Shown here piece after piece: positions 47,019 to 56,816 of a stretch of DNA of 64,000 nt. Position 1 is the first letter of the stretch; the number at the start of each line of letters is the position of its first letter. The position numbers were made by a program, and so were the translations under genes. The stretch is from Klebsiella phage vB_KpnM_KB57: the sequence record NC_028659.1. The stretch is one strand, 5' to 3'. Under the pieces are notes generated by a model. It did not search any database and was not told where the DNA came from. It saw only the letters and a list, made by a program, of their open reading frames with translations.

Positions 47019-48515
47019 TTACACTCCTGCTGTTACTTGTCCGCTGGAAGAAGTAGACCCGGTTTTGTCTAGCAGAACAGAGATGCGGATCTTGACGAAA
47101 TGCAGGGCGCTGTTGTAGACTAGCTCTACCTTAACGTTGTTAAGAGTACGAGATGCCAGGTCATTAGATGGTATGTTTGCACGAAGCGGGATTGTTACAA
47201 CCGGATCGTAGAACACTTTGTTGACGGAATCATACCCGGTCAGAATAGAGCCGTTGGTAATACCGACATTCAGAGGACTGTTCATCAGGACTGACTTCAG
47301 GTTCGGCAGATCATCATCGCTCATTTTCATGGACAGGCCAAGATTAGAACGGCGAGACATGTAGGCGAAGATACTTTCTTCACTTCTGAACTTCAGCCAG
47401 TGACCAAAACGGACAACATCGACATACTGACCGGAGGCACACTTACCTTCCCAGAATGCGCCGACACCATTAATCATACGATAGAAGTTCAGGTTCTGGC
47501 CCCAGATAGCTGGACGCTCAGAAGAACTCAGGGTCGGAGCAATAACACCCGGCATTGTCTTCAGGTGGATTGAGTCACCATAGGATGGGTCATTAGATGC
47601 CATTGCACCGATGATACCACCTTCAGGGAATGCACTATCAGCAAGCGGGTCATACATACCAATGCTAGTATCATACTGAAGTGCTTTCAGTTGATTAGCA
47701 ATAGAATCTCCGTCGACAACTTTTGACAGCGGATCGGATGTTGAATAGACGTGAAGCTTATAGTTAGCAGCAGCATAAGCGGCAGCTCCCAGAATTGCAG
47801 AAGAAACATGTTGTTCTGTGCTCAGGAAGTACCAGTTGCTGTTTGCAGTTTCTACCTGTGGTAGAACACCGCTTACAGTCTCAGTTGAGTTGTTAGTCAG
47901 TGTGCAATCACCGGAGTCAACACCGATGCTAAACGGCTCGCCGATAACATCAGAAGATGTTGCCATGATGCCTTGGTCAGATTCGGTTGTAACCACCTCA
48001 TCATTGTTAGTAGCTAGCAGAGAGCCATCACCTTTCGGAGTGATTGTTACAACACCAGTTGTAGCTACTGCGCCGACAATTACATTAAGCGTGGTATCGG
48101 AGTTGATTGCAGATGCCAGGGCTGTTGCAATACTCTCTGGTGTAGATGCGGTAGTAACAGGAATAACGATGCTTTTAGTATACGCACCTGCTGCAACGTT
48201 GAAACTTACCGGGTTATTAGGATCTACGTTAGTCTGCCCTGTGAAATCGATAACTGTTGATTCCCATGCTTGTCTTCCGATCATAAGCGCTTGGGGGCGG
48301 AAAGTCCCAGCAAAGGCTTTTGTCGCAAAAGTATACGCAGGGGAACCTACAGCGAAACCATCAGCAGCGAGTTCATCCAGATCTGTATATGTACGTACTC
48401 GTTCTGGGAAAACGTTGTGAATTGCGATAAATAGAGGGGTTTCAAACCCTACGGTGTCGATTGGTTGTGTCCCGAGAACAACCGTTACGTCAACAACCTT
48501 ATCATTATAAGCCAT
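47019..48515 (-). CDS. contractile tail sheath protein
   Basis: 498 aa, position upstream of tube, composition typical of sheath. Confidence 0.65.
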   Translation of the reverse strand: MAYNDKVVDVTVVLGTQPIDTVGFETPLFIAIHNVFPERVRTYTDLDELAADGFAVGSPAYTFATKAFAGTFRPQALMIGRQAWESTVIDFTGQTNVDPNNPVSFNVAAGAYTKSIVIPVTTASTPESIATALASAINSDTTLNVIVGAVATTGVVTITPKGDGSLLATNNDEVVTTESDQGIMATSSDVIGEPFSIGVDSGDCTLTNNSTETVSGVLPQVETANSNWYFLSTEQHVSSAILGAAAYAAANYKLHVYSTSDPLSKVVDGDSIANQLKALQYDTSIGMYDPLADSAFPEGGIIGAMASNDPSYGDSIHLKTMPGVIAPTLSSSERPAIWGQNLNFYRMINGVGAFWEGKCASGQYVDVVRFGHWLKFRSEESIFAYMSRRSNLGLSMKMSDDDLPNLKSVLMNSPLNVGITNGSILTGYDSVNKVFYDPVVTIPLRANIPSNDLASRTLNNVKVELVYNSALHFVKIRISVLLDKTGSTSSSGQVTAGV

Positions 48516-48547
48516 TGATTTCCTCTTCTTCTATTTCTTTCATAAAG

Positions 48548-49093
48548 TTATTGTTGATCATCTGGAGCCGGATAGTAATAAACCATCTCTGCATTCACCC
48601 TCTCGATATCCTCGAAAGCTCCTGTATCTGTCACTCCAACGCAGACGTTAAAAGTGATAAGTACAGTTGCACGGTTTTCGAAGGTTTGCATGTTCAACGG
48701 AACTCTCTGGCGCGATACCGTTGAGGAAGAAGAATATGCAAATGGGGAATTGGTTGGAAAATACTTGTCGCAGATGTAGGGGAGGCTCAAGGCCTGTAGA
48801 ATCCGAGTTAATGCATTTGATGCTTTTCCTCGAAATGCTGTCAGGTTGTAAACCACCTCGTAGTTGTGAGTTATTACAGCGTTACCGCTCTCATCTACCC
48901 ACTCGTTCGCAGCCCAGTCCATCTGGTCAGCGGTAACTTGGTTGAGCATGATGAACTCACCCTCTACCTTGGATATGACGTCTCCGTCCCCGTCAATTAT
49001 TTTTCTCCCCGTGACTTCTTTGCAAAATCTGGCGAGCGTAACTGCGAGGGCGTCAAAAATATCATCGGAGTTTGTTACGAAGTCTGCCATCAT
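48548..49093 (-). CDS. hypothetical tail completion/terminator protein
   Basis: 181 aa between neck genes and sheath. Confidence 0.3.
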   Translation of the reverse strand: MMADFVTNSDDIFDALAVTLARFCKEVTGRKIIDGDGDVISKVEGEFIMLNQVTADQMDWAANEWVDESGNAVITHNYEVVYNLTAFRGKASNALTRILQALSLPYICDKYFPTNSPFAYSSSSTVSRQRVPLNMQTFENRATVLITFNVCVGVTDTGAFEDIERVNAEMVYYYPAPDDQQ

Positions 49094-49527
49094 AGGCCTC
49101 CTTCTGTCCCCGCAGGCGTAGAGATCACATACGCTCTGTAACGGCTAACCCCTGTCGTCTGATACGGATCAGACTTGATAACAGTAAACCATTCCATTTC
49201 CCCACGGGAATTCATGAGCTGGATTTGGTCTGCTAGCAGGAAAGAACCTTCGACAGGACCTTTAAGAAGAGTTGACGAATATACAGTGAATGAATCATAC
49301 TGTCTGCCGCCAGCCTCGGTCAACTGAGAAGTGTAGTCTCTTGCTGCCTTGCCTGTCAGAGGCTGAACAACGCATTCCAAGACATCAAACTCTTCATACT
49401 GAATAGCGATCTCTTGGTTTTCGAATGGATTGCCTGGGTCTGGCTGGGAAAAAGTACGATGTCTCCCGATGAAAGTCTTTCTCGGAATCAGCTTATTCCT
49501 GCCTATTAATCTGTAGCCTGGTGTCAT
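49090..49527 (-). CDS. neck/head-tail joining protein
   Basis: 145 aa, overlapping starts/stops in connector block. Confidence 0.3.
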   Translation of the reverse strand: MTPGYRLIGRNKLIPRKTFIGRHRTFSQPDPGNPFENQEIAIQYEEFDVLECVVQPLTGKAARDYTSQLTEAGGRQYDSFTVYSSTLLKGPVEGSFLLADQIQLMNSRGEMEWFTVIKSDPYQTTGVSRYRAYVISTPAGTEGGL

Positions 49528-49997
49528 TTAGTCCCCTTCCCAGTGGAAATCTTATAGGTTGCAGATGACTTCAGGTCGCCGTAGTGGAACATGGCCTCTT
49601 TAAATCCTTTGACATCGGCCCATGCATCAGATACGATGTTATTAGGGAACAGACCACCTTCGATGACATATCGAATCTTGTCTGCACCTGCTTGACCGAT
49701 TTGTTTCAGGACTGGAGTCGGGTCTTGCGCTCCCGCCGCCAATTGACCGAAGAGGTCGATCTGAAATTTTTTAAGTTCTTTCTGGAAAAGAACGCCCGCG
49801 CTAGTCATGAAAGTACGAGCCGGGAGGTTATTCCAACCCTCTTGATGAATCGCTGCAAGAGTTGCAGTATTCAGGCCAGAATAGTGAGGATCGTCGAAAA
49901 AGCCGTAGCTTACCTGACGATAATCAAGCTTCTTAACCGCATTAAAGAAGTTCATAAGCTGGCTAAGATCTTGCGTACTTGTGAATTTTGGTATCAT
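49524..49997 (-). CDS. head completion/connector protein
   Basis: 157 aa. Confidence 0.3.
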   Translation of the reverse strand: MIPKFTSTQDLSQLMNFFNAVKKLDYRQVSYGFFDDPHYSGLNTATLAAIHQEGWNNLPARTFMTSAGVLFQKELKKFQIDLFGQLAAGAQDPTPVLKQIGQAGADKIRYVIEGGLFPNNIVSDAWADVKGFKEAMFHYGDLKSSATYKISTGKGTK

Positions 49998-50062
49998 GAC
50001 TGCATCCGTTTAGGTATTTTACCACATTATCTTAGCAAAATCAACGATAAACGTTTGGATAG

Positions 50063-50581
50063 TTAGCAAGGCCAACGGCGAGGGTATCGACGAGGAATTC
50101 CTGGAACACCAGTTTGTGGAATTATGCCACCAACATCGAAAGGTCCACGGGAGTTTCTGTCGTATTTAACACGGTTGAACTCGTCTTCACGAACGCCACC
50201 AACGATAACAAGGCCTCTGACCGCACTTAAGCAATCATTGACATAGTCAGGGTTTTCAAGCAGCCAGTCGAGGAAGTCTTTCCAATTCTGGTAAGGAGAC
50301 CCACCTTTGATCTGGATAGTTTCATCACCAATCTTTTCAAGGCGGTCCGTGATTGATGCCTCTCCTGTGTTCACTTCCTGAAGAATCAACCAACGTACCA
50401 CGTCAACAAGAGTATTGTAAATAACGTAGTAAACGGTACATGGCGTGTTATCATCACTGGGGTAATTAGCCTTTGATTTCTCTATTGCCAAAAAGGCAAG
50501 GATAATCTCGTCGGGTAAGACTTCCGGGGAAATGGACCCAAGGAGCAGGCGAATATAAGCAACAATTTCTTGGTCTGTCAT
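50063..50581 (-). CDS. head-tail connector protein
   Basis: 172 aa. Confidence 0.3.
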   Translation of the reverse strand: MTDQEIVAYIRLLLGSISPEVLPDEIILAFLAIEKSKANYPSDDNTPCTVYYVIYNTLVDVVRWLILQEVNTGEASITDRLEKIGDETIQIKGGSPYQNWKDFLDWLLENPDYVNDCLSAVRGLVIVGGVREDEFNRVKYDRNSRGPFDVGGIIPQTGVPGIPRRYPRRWPC

Positions 50582-50651
50582 TTTCGCTCCTTCAAGCTCT
50601 TCTATTTATCAATATCTTATCATATAACGTCGATTTTGTCATCAAAAACAC

Positions 50652-50679
50652 TTGACATCATGGAACAGAGTGCTATTCT
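50652..50679 (+). promoter_or_regulatory. sigma70-like promoter TTGACA-16-TATTCT for opposite-strand moron
   Basis: read directly. Confidence 0.5.
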
Positions 50680-50705
50680 CAAAGAAAATTATTGAGGAGA
50701 ATCCC

Positions 50706-51104
50706 ATGAAAACAGTAATAGCAGGTGTTATCACAGCCCTCGTTGTCTCGGGTGGACTTATCTACTTTATGAAAACCAACCCCAATATGAACAAACTCGA
50801 CGATGTTTCTTCAAGCTGGTTGTCTGATGAAGAAAAAACAGAGGCCATTCATCGGATTGCTGGGATGAAGTGCGATACAGAATTCAGAAAGGCATTCATT
50901 CCCGGCACTCTGACGACGCAGACAGGTATGTTAGATGAGATGGAAGAACAAGAAGATAGTTTCCAAGTAATGAGGAATATGGGGATAGTCAACGGTACTG
51001 TTCTTGCAACAGGAACTTACATCTGTAAATATTATAAAGATGGTCGCCAACCTTATCTTCAGGTATCTTTGAAACCAGAGGCGAGACCGCTACTAAAAAA
51101 ATAA
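50706..51104 (+). CDS. membrane-anchored protein encoded on the opposite strand inside the structural module (moron)
   Basis: own sigma70-like promoter, SD ATTGAGGAGAATCCCATG, N-terminal TM VIAGVITALVVSGGLIYF, bidirectional terminator downstream. Confidence 0.5.
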   Translation: MKTVIAGVITALVVSGGLIYFMKTNPNMNKLDDVSSSWLSDEEKTEAIHRIAGMKCDTEFRKAFIPGTLTTQTGMLDEMEEQEDSFQVMRNMGIVNGTVLATGTYICKYYKDGRQPYLQVSLKPEARPLLKK

Positions 51105-51126
51105 GGCCCCGGAGGGCCTTTATATT
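51095..51126. terminator. bidirectional terminator (A6-ATAA GGCCC-CGGA-GGGCC TTTATATT)
   Basis: ends + strand moron and minus-strand 51125-51424 gene. Confidence 0.55.
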
Positions 51127-51424
51127 ACGCCATAATGCCAGCAGCCTTCAGCTTGGAAAGAAGGGCATTAAAGTCGGTAACCAGTCCAGCTACGTCAGTC
51201 GCAACCGTATTGGCCTGTGTTGCCGCCATTTTAACACCGCCAACCACAGAAGTGGTTGCAGCTACGGGAGCAAAAGTGGTAGGCTTACCAGTAATATCGG
51301 CCCATGCCACAGATCCGCCACTGCCAGCGGCAGCAATAACATCAGCGAAGGAAATAACTCCGCCAGTTGCAATGTCAATCAGTTTTGTACCGTAGACCAG
51401 TCCAGCTACACCAGATGTTGCCAT
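51125..51424 (-). CDS. small virion protein (ITGKPTTFAP motif)
   Basis: 99 aa, Ala/Gly/Thr-rich. Confidence 0.35.
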   Translation of the reverse strand: MATSGVAGLVYGTKLIDIATGGVISFADVIAAAGSGGSVAWADITGKPTTFAPVAATTSVVGGVKMAATQANTVATDVAGLVTDFNALLSKLKAAGIMA

Positions 51425-51443
51425 TTTAAATCTCCTAAGATTA

Positions 51444-51842
51444 TTACTTCAGTGCGGATTCGAAGTCAGCTAACATATTTTCAAATGTCTTGCTCTTCGA
51501 CAGGGTAACACCCTTGTTTGCTGCGAATTCAGCAAGTTTGTCTTTACTACCTTTTTTGTCGGCTTCATCAAGCAGTGCAGATGCTTCAGCAAGAAGTGCC
51601 TTTACGTCCACAGAGTCTGTCTCAATGATTTCTGTATTATCTTCTACAACCTGTTCAACAACGGTTTCTTCCGCTTTTGGTCTAACCGTAACAGGTTTAA
51701 CTTCAGACGGAGGTGTAATGTCCCCGTTAAAGAACACGATGAAGTTGCCCATCCTCAGAGTAGAGGTCTTGGCGTCTACAGGAAGACCGGACAGGTCTGC
51801 AAGTTCCTGGAAAAACTCCATGAAAGAACGAAAAGCCTTCAT
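51444..51842 (-). CDS. hypothetical acidic protein
   Basis: 132 aa. Confidence 0.35.
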   Translation of the reverse strand: MKAFRSFMEFFQELADLSGLPVDAKTSTLRMGNFIVFFNGDITPPSEVKPVTVRPKAEETVVEQVVEDNTEIIETDSVDVKALLAEASALLDEADKKGSKDKLAEFAANKGVTLSKSKTFENMLADFESALK

Positions 51843-51973
51843 TTGCTTACCAAGACGAAGCCATTTAGGGGTAAGCGGCTTGAAGCGCTAATGTTCAATT
51901 CGGGAATGTATGCCCCAAAGAACTTGAAAAGCTCTACCTTGTTCGGGAAAATGCGATAATTTTGATTTGCCAT
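51839..51973 (-). CDS. small protein (44 aa) with strong SD between capsid terminator and next gene
   Basis: AAAGGAGATTCTATG; ATGA overlap with downstream gene. Confidence 0.3.
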   Translation of the reverse strand: MANQNYRIFPNKVELFKFFGAYIPELNISASSRLPLNGFVLVSK

Positions 51974-52032
51974 AGAATCTCCTTTGGTCCTCATAAACCT
52001 CTTGACATATAAGATCACCATGCTAATCTTAA

Positions 52033-52067
52033 AATGAAAAAAGGGAGAGGTGATTAACACCTCCCCC
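52033..52067 (-). terminator. strong rho-independent terminator directly after major capsid gene (minus strand)
   Basis: GGGGGAGGTG-TTAA-TCACCTC(T)CCC + TTTTTT on minus strand. Confidence 0.65.
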
Positions 52068-52091
52068 TCTTAGAGGTAGCTTTAAGCTATA

Positions 52092-53105
52092 TTACGCGAA
52101 AGTACCAGTCAGTTTAACAACCAGCTCTGGGCGGCAGTTAACTGTCAGGAAGGAGGTTTCAGATTCAACCTTCTCTTCACGCAGGTAAGCAGAAGATTTG
52201 TACCACAGGTACAGTTCTTGTGCCGGAGTGTTCGCTTCACGAACATCGTCTGCTGGCGCGTAGTGGATCTGGAACATGTTGTCGATACCGCGTGGCAGCA
52301 TGTAAGCTTCACCGTCCGGGATGTAGCCGGAGATATCTTCGATGTACAGAACGTTCTTATGAACGAAGGAACGGTTGTTAGCGTTCTCTTGTCCGTCACC
52401 AAGACGACGGCGCAGCGGTTCTTGAGTGGAACTGTAGTATTGGTATGCGTTCATGATCAGCGGGTGACCTACGAAAGCAGAGAACCATTTACGAGAAGCC
52501 AGGACTACGATGTCGTAGTTGTTTCCGTTGTCACCAGCGTTGTCGATGATGAATGCACGACCATCGTTTTCGAGCAGGTCAGACGGGTCAACTGCAACGT
52601 CAGTGAAATCTACGTTAACAACTTCCTGGGTAACACCCCATTCGGTGAAGTAGTTATACTGAGCGGTCGGGTCCTGCGGTGCCCAAGATTTACCCATGAT
52701 TGCCTGAAGCATTGCTTTTTCTTTAAGCTGTTCATGAGAAATACGGATACGACGAACAACACGTTCAACTACATCCTGTACAGATTTAGGAGCGTCCGCA
52801 GTGAAATATTTACGGAAGTTCTGTACGTCTGCCGGAGTGATCTGACGATCCAGCGGGAAGAACGGGATGTTGAAGTTTTTCAGTTGGGCCTTTTCAGTAC
52901 CAACGTAGTTACGTTCACCCTGACGACGACGAGCTGGGAAGTCGGTTACAACTTCGTCAACACGCTCGATCTGGGCGATAGTAGAGACACCGTGATAAGC
53001 CTCGAAAAGGTTCATGTTGGTGATCATACGGTACTGACGAGGTACAATTTCCAGAGTTGCGCCTAGGTCAACGATCTGGAAATCATTAGTGCGTACTACT
53101 GCCAT
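52092..53105 (-). CDS. major capsid protein
   Basis: 337 aa, strongest host-optimised codon usage, SD AAGGAGAAAATAATG, followed by strong terminator, flanked by decoration/scaffold/protease genes. Confidence 0.6.
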   Translation of the reverse strand: MAVVRTNDFQIVDLGATLEIVPRQYRMITNMNLFEAYHGVSTIAQIERVDEVVTDFPARRRQGERNYVGTEKAQLKNFNIPFFPLDRQITPADVQNFRKYFTADAPKSVQDVVERVVRRIRISHEQLKEKAMLQAIMGKSWAPQDPTAQYNYFTEWGVTQEVVNVDFTDVAVDPSDLLENDGRAFIIDNAGDNGNNYDIVVLASRKWFSAFVGHPLIMNAYQYYSSTQEPLRRRLGDGQENANNRSFVHKNVLYIEDISGYIPDGEAYMLPRGIDNMFQIHYAPADDVREANTPAQELYLWYKSSAYLREEKVESETSFLTVNCRPELVVKLTGTFA

Positions 53106-53125
53106 TATTTTCTCCTTGGTGTAGA

Positions 53126-53548
53126 TTAGATAGACGTTACTGGGATCTCAACGGAGCCGTCGTAATATTTATCAGTGATCTTCAGACCTTTGGCCTCAAG
53201 AGCAGCGATAGCAGCAGCGTTGATAGCAGTAGTACCGTCAGCAAAGAACAGTTTGGATTTGTTCAGGGTCAGACCACGAACAGCAACCACGAAATTGTAT
53301 TTTTGACCAACTACGAAAGGACGTGGCATGGTGTAAGAAGAAGTCACCAGGTCGCGGTCGGTGATTACACCAAATGCGCTTGCAGCGTCGGCAGTTGCAG
53401 CCAGAGTACCATCAGACTTAACGATCATACCGGCCTTCAGCCCTGCGGAATAAGTGATTTCCATTTCCAGGAAGCTGTAGCCCTGATCAGAAGAATCAAC
53501 TTTACCCAGGACGATGTCAGAGTAGAACCCTTGAATCGGATTAGCCAT
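53126..53548 (-). CDS. head decoration protein
   Basis: 140 aa, immediately upstream of capsid gene. Confidence 0.4.
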   Translation of the reverse strand: MANPIQGFYSDIVLGKVDSSDQGYSFLEMEITYSAGLKAGMIVKSDGTLAATADAASAFGVITDRDLVTSSYTMPRPFVVGQKYNFVVAVRGLTLNKSKLFFADGTTAINAAAIAALEAKGLKITDKYYDGSVEIPVTSI

Positions 53549-53567
53549 TTATATTATCTCCTCGATA

Positions 53568-54563
53568 TTAGGCAGTTTTGCGAGCGCGAGCAGCTTCTAG
53601 AGCTTTCTGCACGTTAGCTTTAAGAACATCTTCGGCGGACTTAGCTAGGTCTTCAGTAACAACCTCTTGGTTGATACCATTTTCCTGAGTACCGAACTCT
53701 TTCTTCACAGTTTCAACTTCTGTTTCCAGTTCGCTAATACGAGCTTGGGCTTTTTCCAGAAGAGCTACCACTGGGGCGTTAGCTTTTTCAATGATGAAGT
53801 CAGCAAGAGATTCATGGTCTTCTTCAGCGGCAAAAGTAAAACCTTTGGCTTTTGTAAGAGCATTTTTCTTTTCTGCTTCAACAGCAGCCTTGATAATCAG
53901 TTCTGCTTGGGCATTTTTTGCATTAGCTTCTTCAAGCTTTTTAACCAGGTCCAGGTACTCCTGGGATTTGGTTACATCAACAGTATCGGACACAGAGGTC
54001 TCCTTGTTTTCAATTGTATTTTGAACAGGTACGTCTGGTTTAGCAGCGTCCTTGATGACCTCAGTCTCCTGAGTGTCTTTGGCATCAAAAATGACACCGT
54101 GCTCTGCAACACCCTTCTCAAACATCTGTTGGAGTTTGATTAGTTCATATTGCTTCACAAGGTCCAGCTCTTCACCTGCATTTGCAGCTTTGGCGATAGA
54201 GATGGACTCCATCTTCGATTCTAACCATTCTTGGTTATCATCATTCCAACGTTGCAGCCATTCATCATCAGGATTTTCAGCAGCAGCGTTTTCCAGTTCT
54301 GTTTCGAAGCCCAAAAGTTTGGCAAGGAGTTCAGCATCACTACTCCACATATCGAAGAAGCGACGAAGGAATTCTTCAAAGCTCATATCGACAGTAACTT
54401 GGCGAAGTGCCTTAACCACGTCTTTGGTAATCTGTTCAGGTGCAAGGTCAGACTTCATCAGAAGACTAACCGGACGCATATTTGCAGAATAACCTTGACT
54501 CTCGTGGCAGAGTGCGATACCCTTATCCTTAATAGTTTTGGCCTTGACTACGAGTGCGCTCAT
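53568..54563 (-). CDS. scaffolding protein
   Basis: 331 aa, acidic, long coiled-coil/E-K rich C-half. Confidence 0.5.
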   Translation of the reverse strand: MSALVVKAKTIKDKGIALCHESQGYSANMRPVSLLMKSDLAPEQITKDVVKALRQVTVDMSFEEFLRRFFDMWSSDAELLAKLLGFETELENAAAENPDDEWLQRWNDDNQEWLESKMESISIAKAANAGEELDLVKQYELIKLQQMFEKGVAEHGVIFDAKDTQETEVIKDAAKPDVPVQNTIENKETSVSDTVDVTKSQEYLDLVKKLEEANAKNAQAELIIKAAVEAEKKNALTKAKGFTFAAEEDHESLADFIIEKANAPVVALLEKAQARISELETEVETVKKEFGTQENGINQEVVTEDLAKSAEDVLKANVQKALEAARARKTA

Positions 54564-55189
54564 TCGTTTTCCTCGGCAATCTCAATCCCGAAATCGAGTC
54601 CGGTGATTTCACCAGTCTCCTTGTCTGTGTAGCCAGAGCATTGAATGCTCAGTCCACCGACAGCGTTGGCCTTTTTCAAGAGCCACAGTTCAGGATCATT
54701 GTATTTAACCTTAGCTACCCAGGTGCCAGCTTTAATGATTTGCTCGCTACCGATAACCACGACATCAAACTCTTCTTGAATCCAAGTCTTCTCGATGGTA
54801 AAGGCATCAGTCTCGACAATGTGGAACAGGTTCTCTTTAACAAGACCAGCCGCTCGCGCAGCATCGAAACTTTCCTTACCTTTGACGATTGTCTCTGGAG
54901 ACATCCATTCACCGTGGGCATCCCTAGTGTTTGGTTCATAAATGACTTCGTAAGAAATCATTTGTTCTCCAGCATCTTTGACAACAGATACAGGCTTGGC
55001 ATTCTTTTGAATTGCTGTCTTCTTCAGCCCTACATGGAGTACATCTTTAGATGCTTTCTCAATAGCGGCTTCAGGAGATAGGCCTGAATCAATCAGGCCA
55101 TTTGCGAGAACCAGCACCTTGCTCTTCTGAATGAGAGACAGATTCGATACTGATGCAGGAAGGTCAGCAATACTTGAGTATTTCATCAT
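54560..55189 (-). CDS. prohead protease
   Basis: 209 aa, DAHGEW segment, position between portal and scaffold, ATGA overlap. Confidence 0.45.
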   Translation of the reverse strand: MMKYSSIADLPASVSNLSLIQKSKVLVLANGLIDSGLSPEAAIEKASKDVLHVGLKKTAIQKNAKPVSVVKDAGEQMISYEVIYEPNTRDAHGEWMSPETIVKGKESFDAARAAGLVKENLFHIVETDAFTIEKTWIQEEFDVVVIGSEQIIKAGTWVAKVKYNDPELWLLKKANAVGGLSIQCSGYTDKETGEITGLDFGIEIAEENE

Positions 55190-55253
55190 TTTCCCCGTTG
55201 ATAGTTATTTTAACACCGTTTATTTTCTTTTGCAAGTTATTTCAGTGAGTTGC

Positions 55254-56801
55254 TTAGTTATCCAAGTTAGAGACAGAATTATCTCTTACTTTAGACGTCC
55301 CATTACCAGAAGTACCTTGCTTCATTCCATCACCGGAGCGACTGGTATCTTCCCCAAGGATCTTGAGTAGTTCCTCTTGAGATGTGTTTTCAGGAATCTC
55401 TTCATCAAACCCACCAACCTCAAGGATCTTGTTGATAACTGTAGGTGTCTTCGGCAGATAACCAACAGCACCAATTCTCTGAACAAATTTGGAGAAGCTT
55501 TCCATATCAACTTCCTGGATAGCTCCAGGCTTAAGTCTTGGCATGTCTTCATCAGACAAACGGATATTATTAAGAGCGAGTAGTTGAGGAATCAAGTTCT
55601 TGTTGAATGATTCACAAATAATATCGATATCTCGTTGAACAAAATGTCCGTGGATTGTTTGTTTTGATTCCGACAGGTTGTAAGACCCTTGACCATCATT
55701 CCCTAAGTTGATGAATCCCGCACCAAATCTGTCCAAGATCGCCTTCTTACGCTCTTGTATTAGGTCCTTGGTACTGTACTGTTTACCAACCCCATCGATT
55801 CCCTTAAGGGTCATCTTATACTGCTCACCGCCCTTATCATTCATATCTGAAGGTAAGATGAAGTAAGATTGTTCACCTGAATGTGCGTTTGCAGCGTCAG
55901 CCATCAGGCCACGAACCATATCTGCTTCAGGTGATCTCGGGTCCATAGATGCCTTATTCAGAATTGAAGAAGGGATCTTTAATTCAATGATACCGCCGAG
56001 GTCCTTAGATGCCCCTATAACTTCGAGGTTTTCGATCAGGATTTTTTCACGGAATGCACGGTAACAACCAACAAGAGGTGATACACCTGTAGGGTTTGAT
56101 TCTGTCCCACCAAGAGACATTATCATCAACTTATTCACAGGAATGAATTTCTCATCCGCACTTCCTGACAGATTTGTGACGAGACTCATGGCCCCAGCAA
56201 TCTGGTTCATCCCGTTCTGGAAATTAGCAAAAGCTAGTGCGCTTTGATAAACACCTGTGATTGTCCTTCCATCATCGCTGAAGACAAAAGGTTTTGTACG
56301 AGAGAGGCTTGACTGAGGACGGAAAGCAATTTTGTCGATCGTCATATAGCCTGCGTACTTAGATGGCGCGGATTCTGTTCTGTAGACCTTTTCGAATACA
56401 GAGAAACCATACTCGTTAAATGTCGCAGCACTTCTCGCCACATCGCGAAGCGTCTGTTGGTTAGCAAGATTCTTCAGAGCATACTCGACGAAATCTGCCG
56501 CTTTTTTAGACTCTTCACTATCTCGGTTGAAAAGAATTTTAAAATCATTGAAAGCCTTGGTGACAAAAACATATTTCGTATCCAGCGCTGTGGCAACAGT
56601 ATGGTCTTGCTTCATGGAATCCACTGTTGCGAGGAACATAGGCCAGCGGAGTTCTTCAACCTTCATAATCTCAGATTCAGCACGAATCTGAGACAATGCT
56701 CCACTACCCAGTTCTCCAGTACGGACACGACTCACAGCAAGGTTTTCATTCCCTGCTTTTGCCACCGCATTCTTTCTTTTTCTGTTTCTGCGATTTGACA
56801 C
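55254..56801 (-). CDS. portal protein
   Basis: 515 aa directly downstream of large terminase. Confidence 0.6.
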   Translation of the reverse strand: MSNRRNRKRKNAVAKAGNENLAVSRVRTGELGSGALSQIRAESEIMKVEELRWPMFLATVDSMKQDHTVATALDTKYVFVTKAFNDFKILFNRDSEESKKAADFVEYALKNLANQQTLRDVARSAATFNEYGFSVFEKVYRTESAPSKYAGYMTIDKIAFRPQSSLSRTKPFVFSDDGRTITGVYQSALAFANFQNGMNQIAGAMSLVTNLSGSADEKFIPVNKLMIMSLGGTESNPTGVSPLVGCYRAFREKILIENLEVIGASKDLGGIIELKIPSSILNKASMDPRSPEADMVRGLMADAANAHSGEQSYFILPSDMNDKGGEQYKMTLKGIDGVGKQYSTKDLIQERKKAILDRFGAGFINLGNDGQGSYNLSESKQTIHGHFVQRDIDIICESFNKNLIPQLLALNNIRLSDEDMPRLKPGAIQEVDMESFSKFVQRIGAVGYLPKTPTVINKILEVGGFDEEIPENTSQEELLKILGEDTSRSGDGMKQGTSGNGTSKVRDNSVSNLDN

Positions 56802-56816
56802 GAGTCATCCCCTCTA

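Noticed and set aside
47818-48420. 200-aa + strand ORF inside tail sheath gene
   Set aside because: Antisense shadow ORF.
52218-54632. + strand ORFs within capsid and scaffold genes (52218-53066, 53667-54143, 54073-54492, 54231-54632, 54554-55081)
   Set aside because: Antisense to highly codon-biased structural genes. No independent signals.
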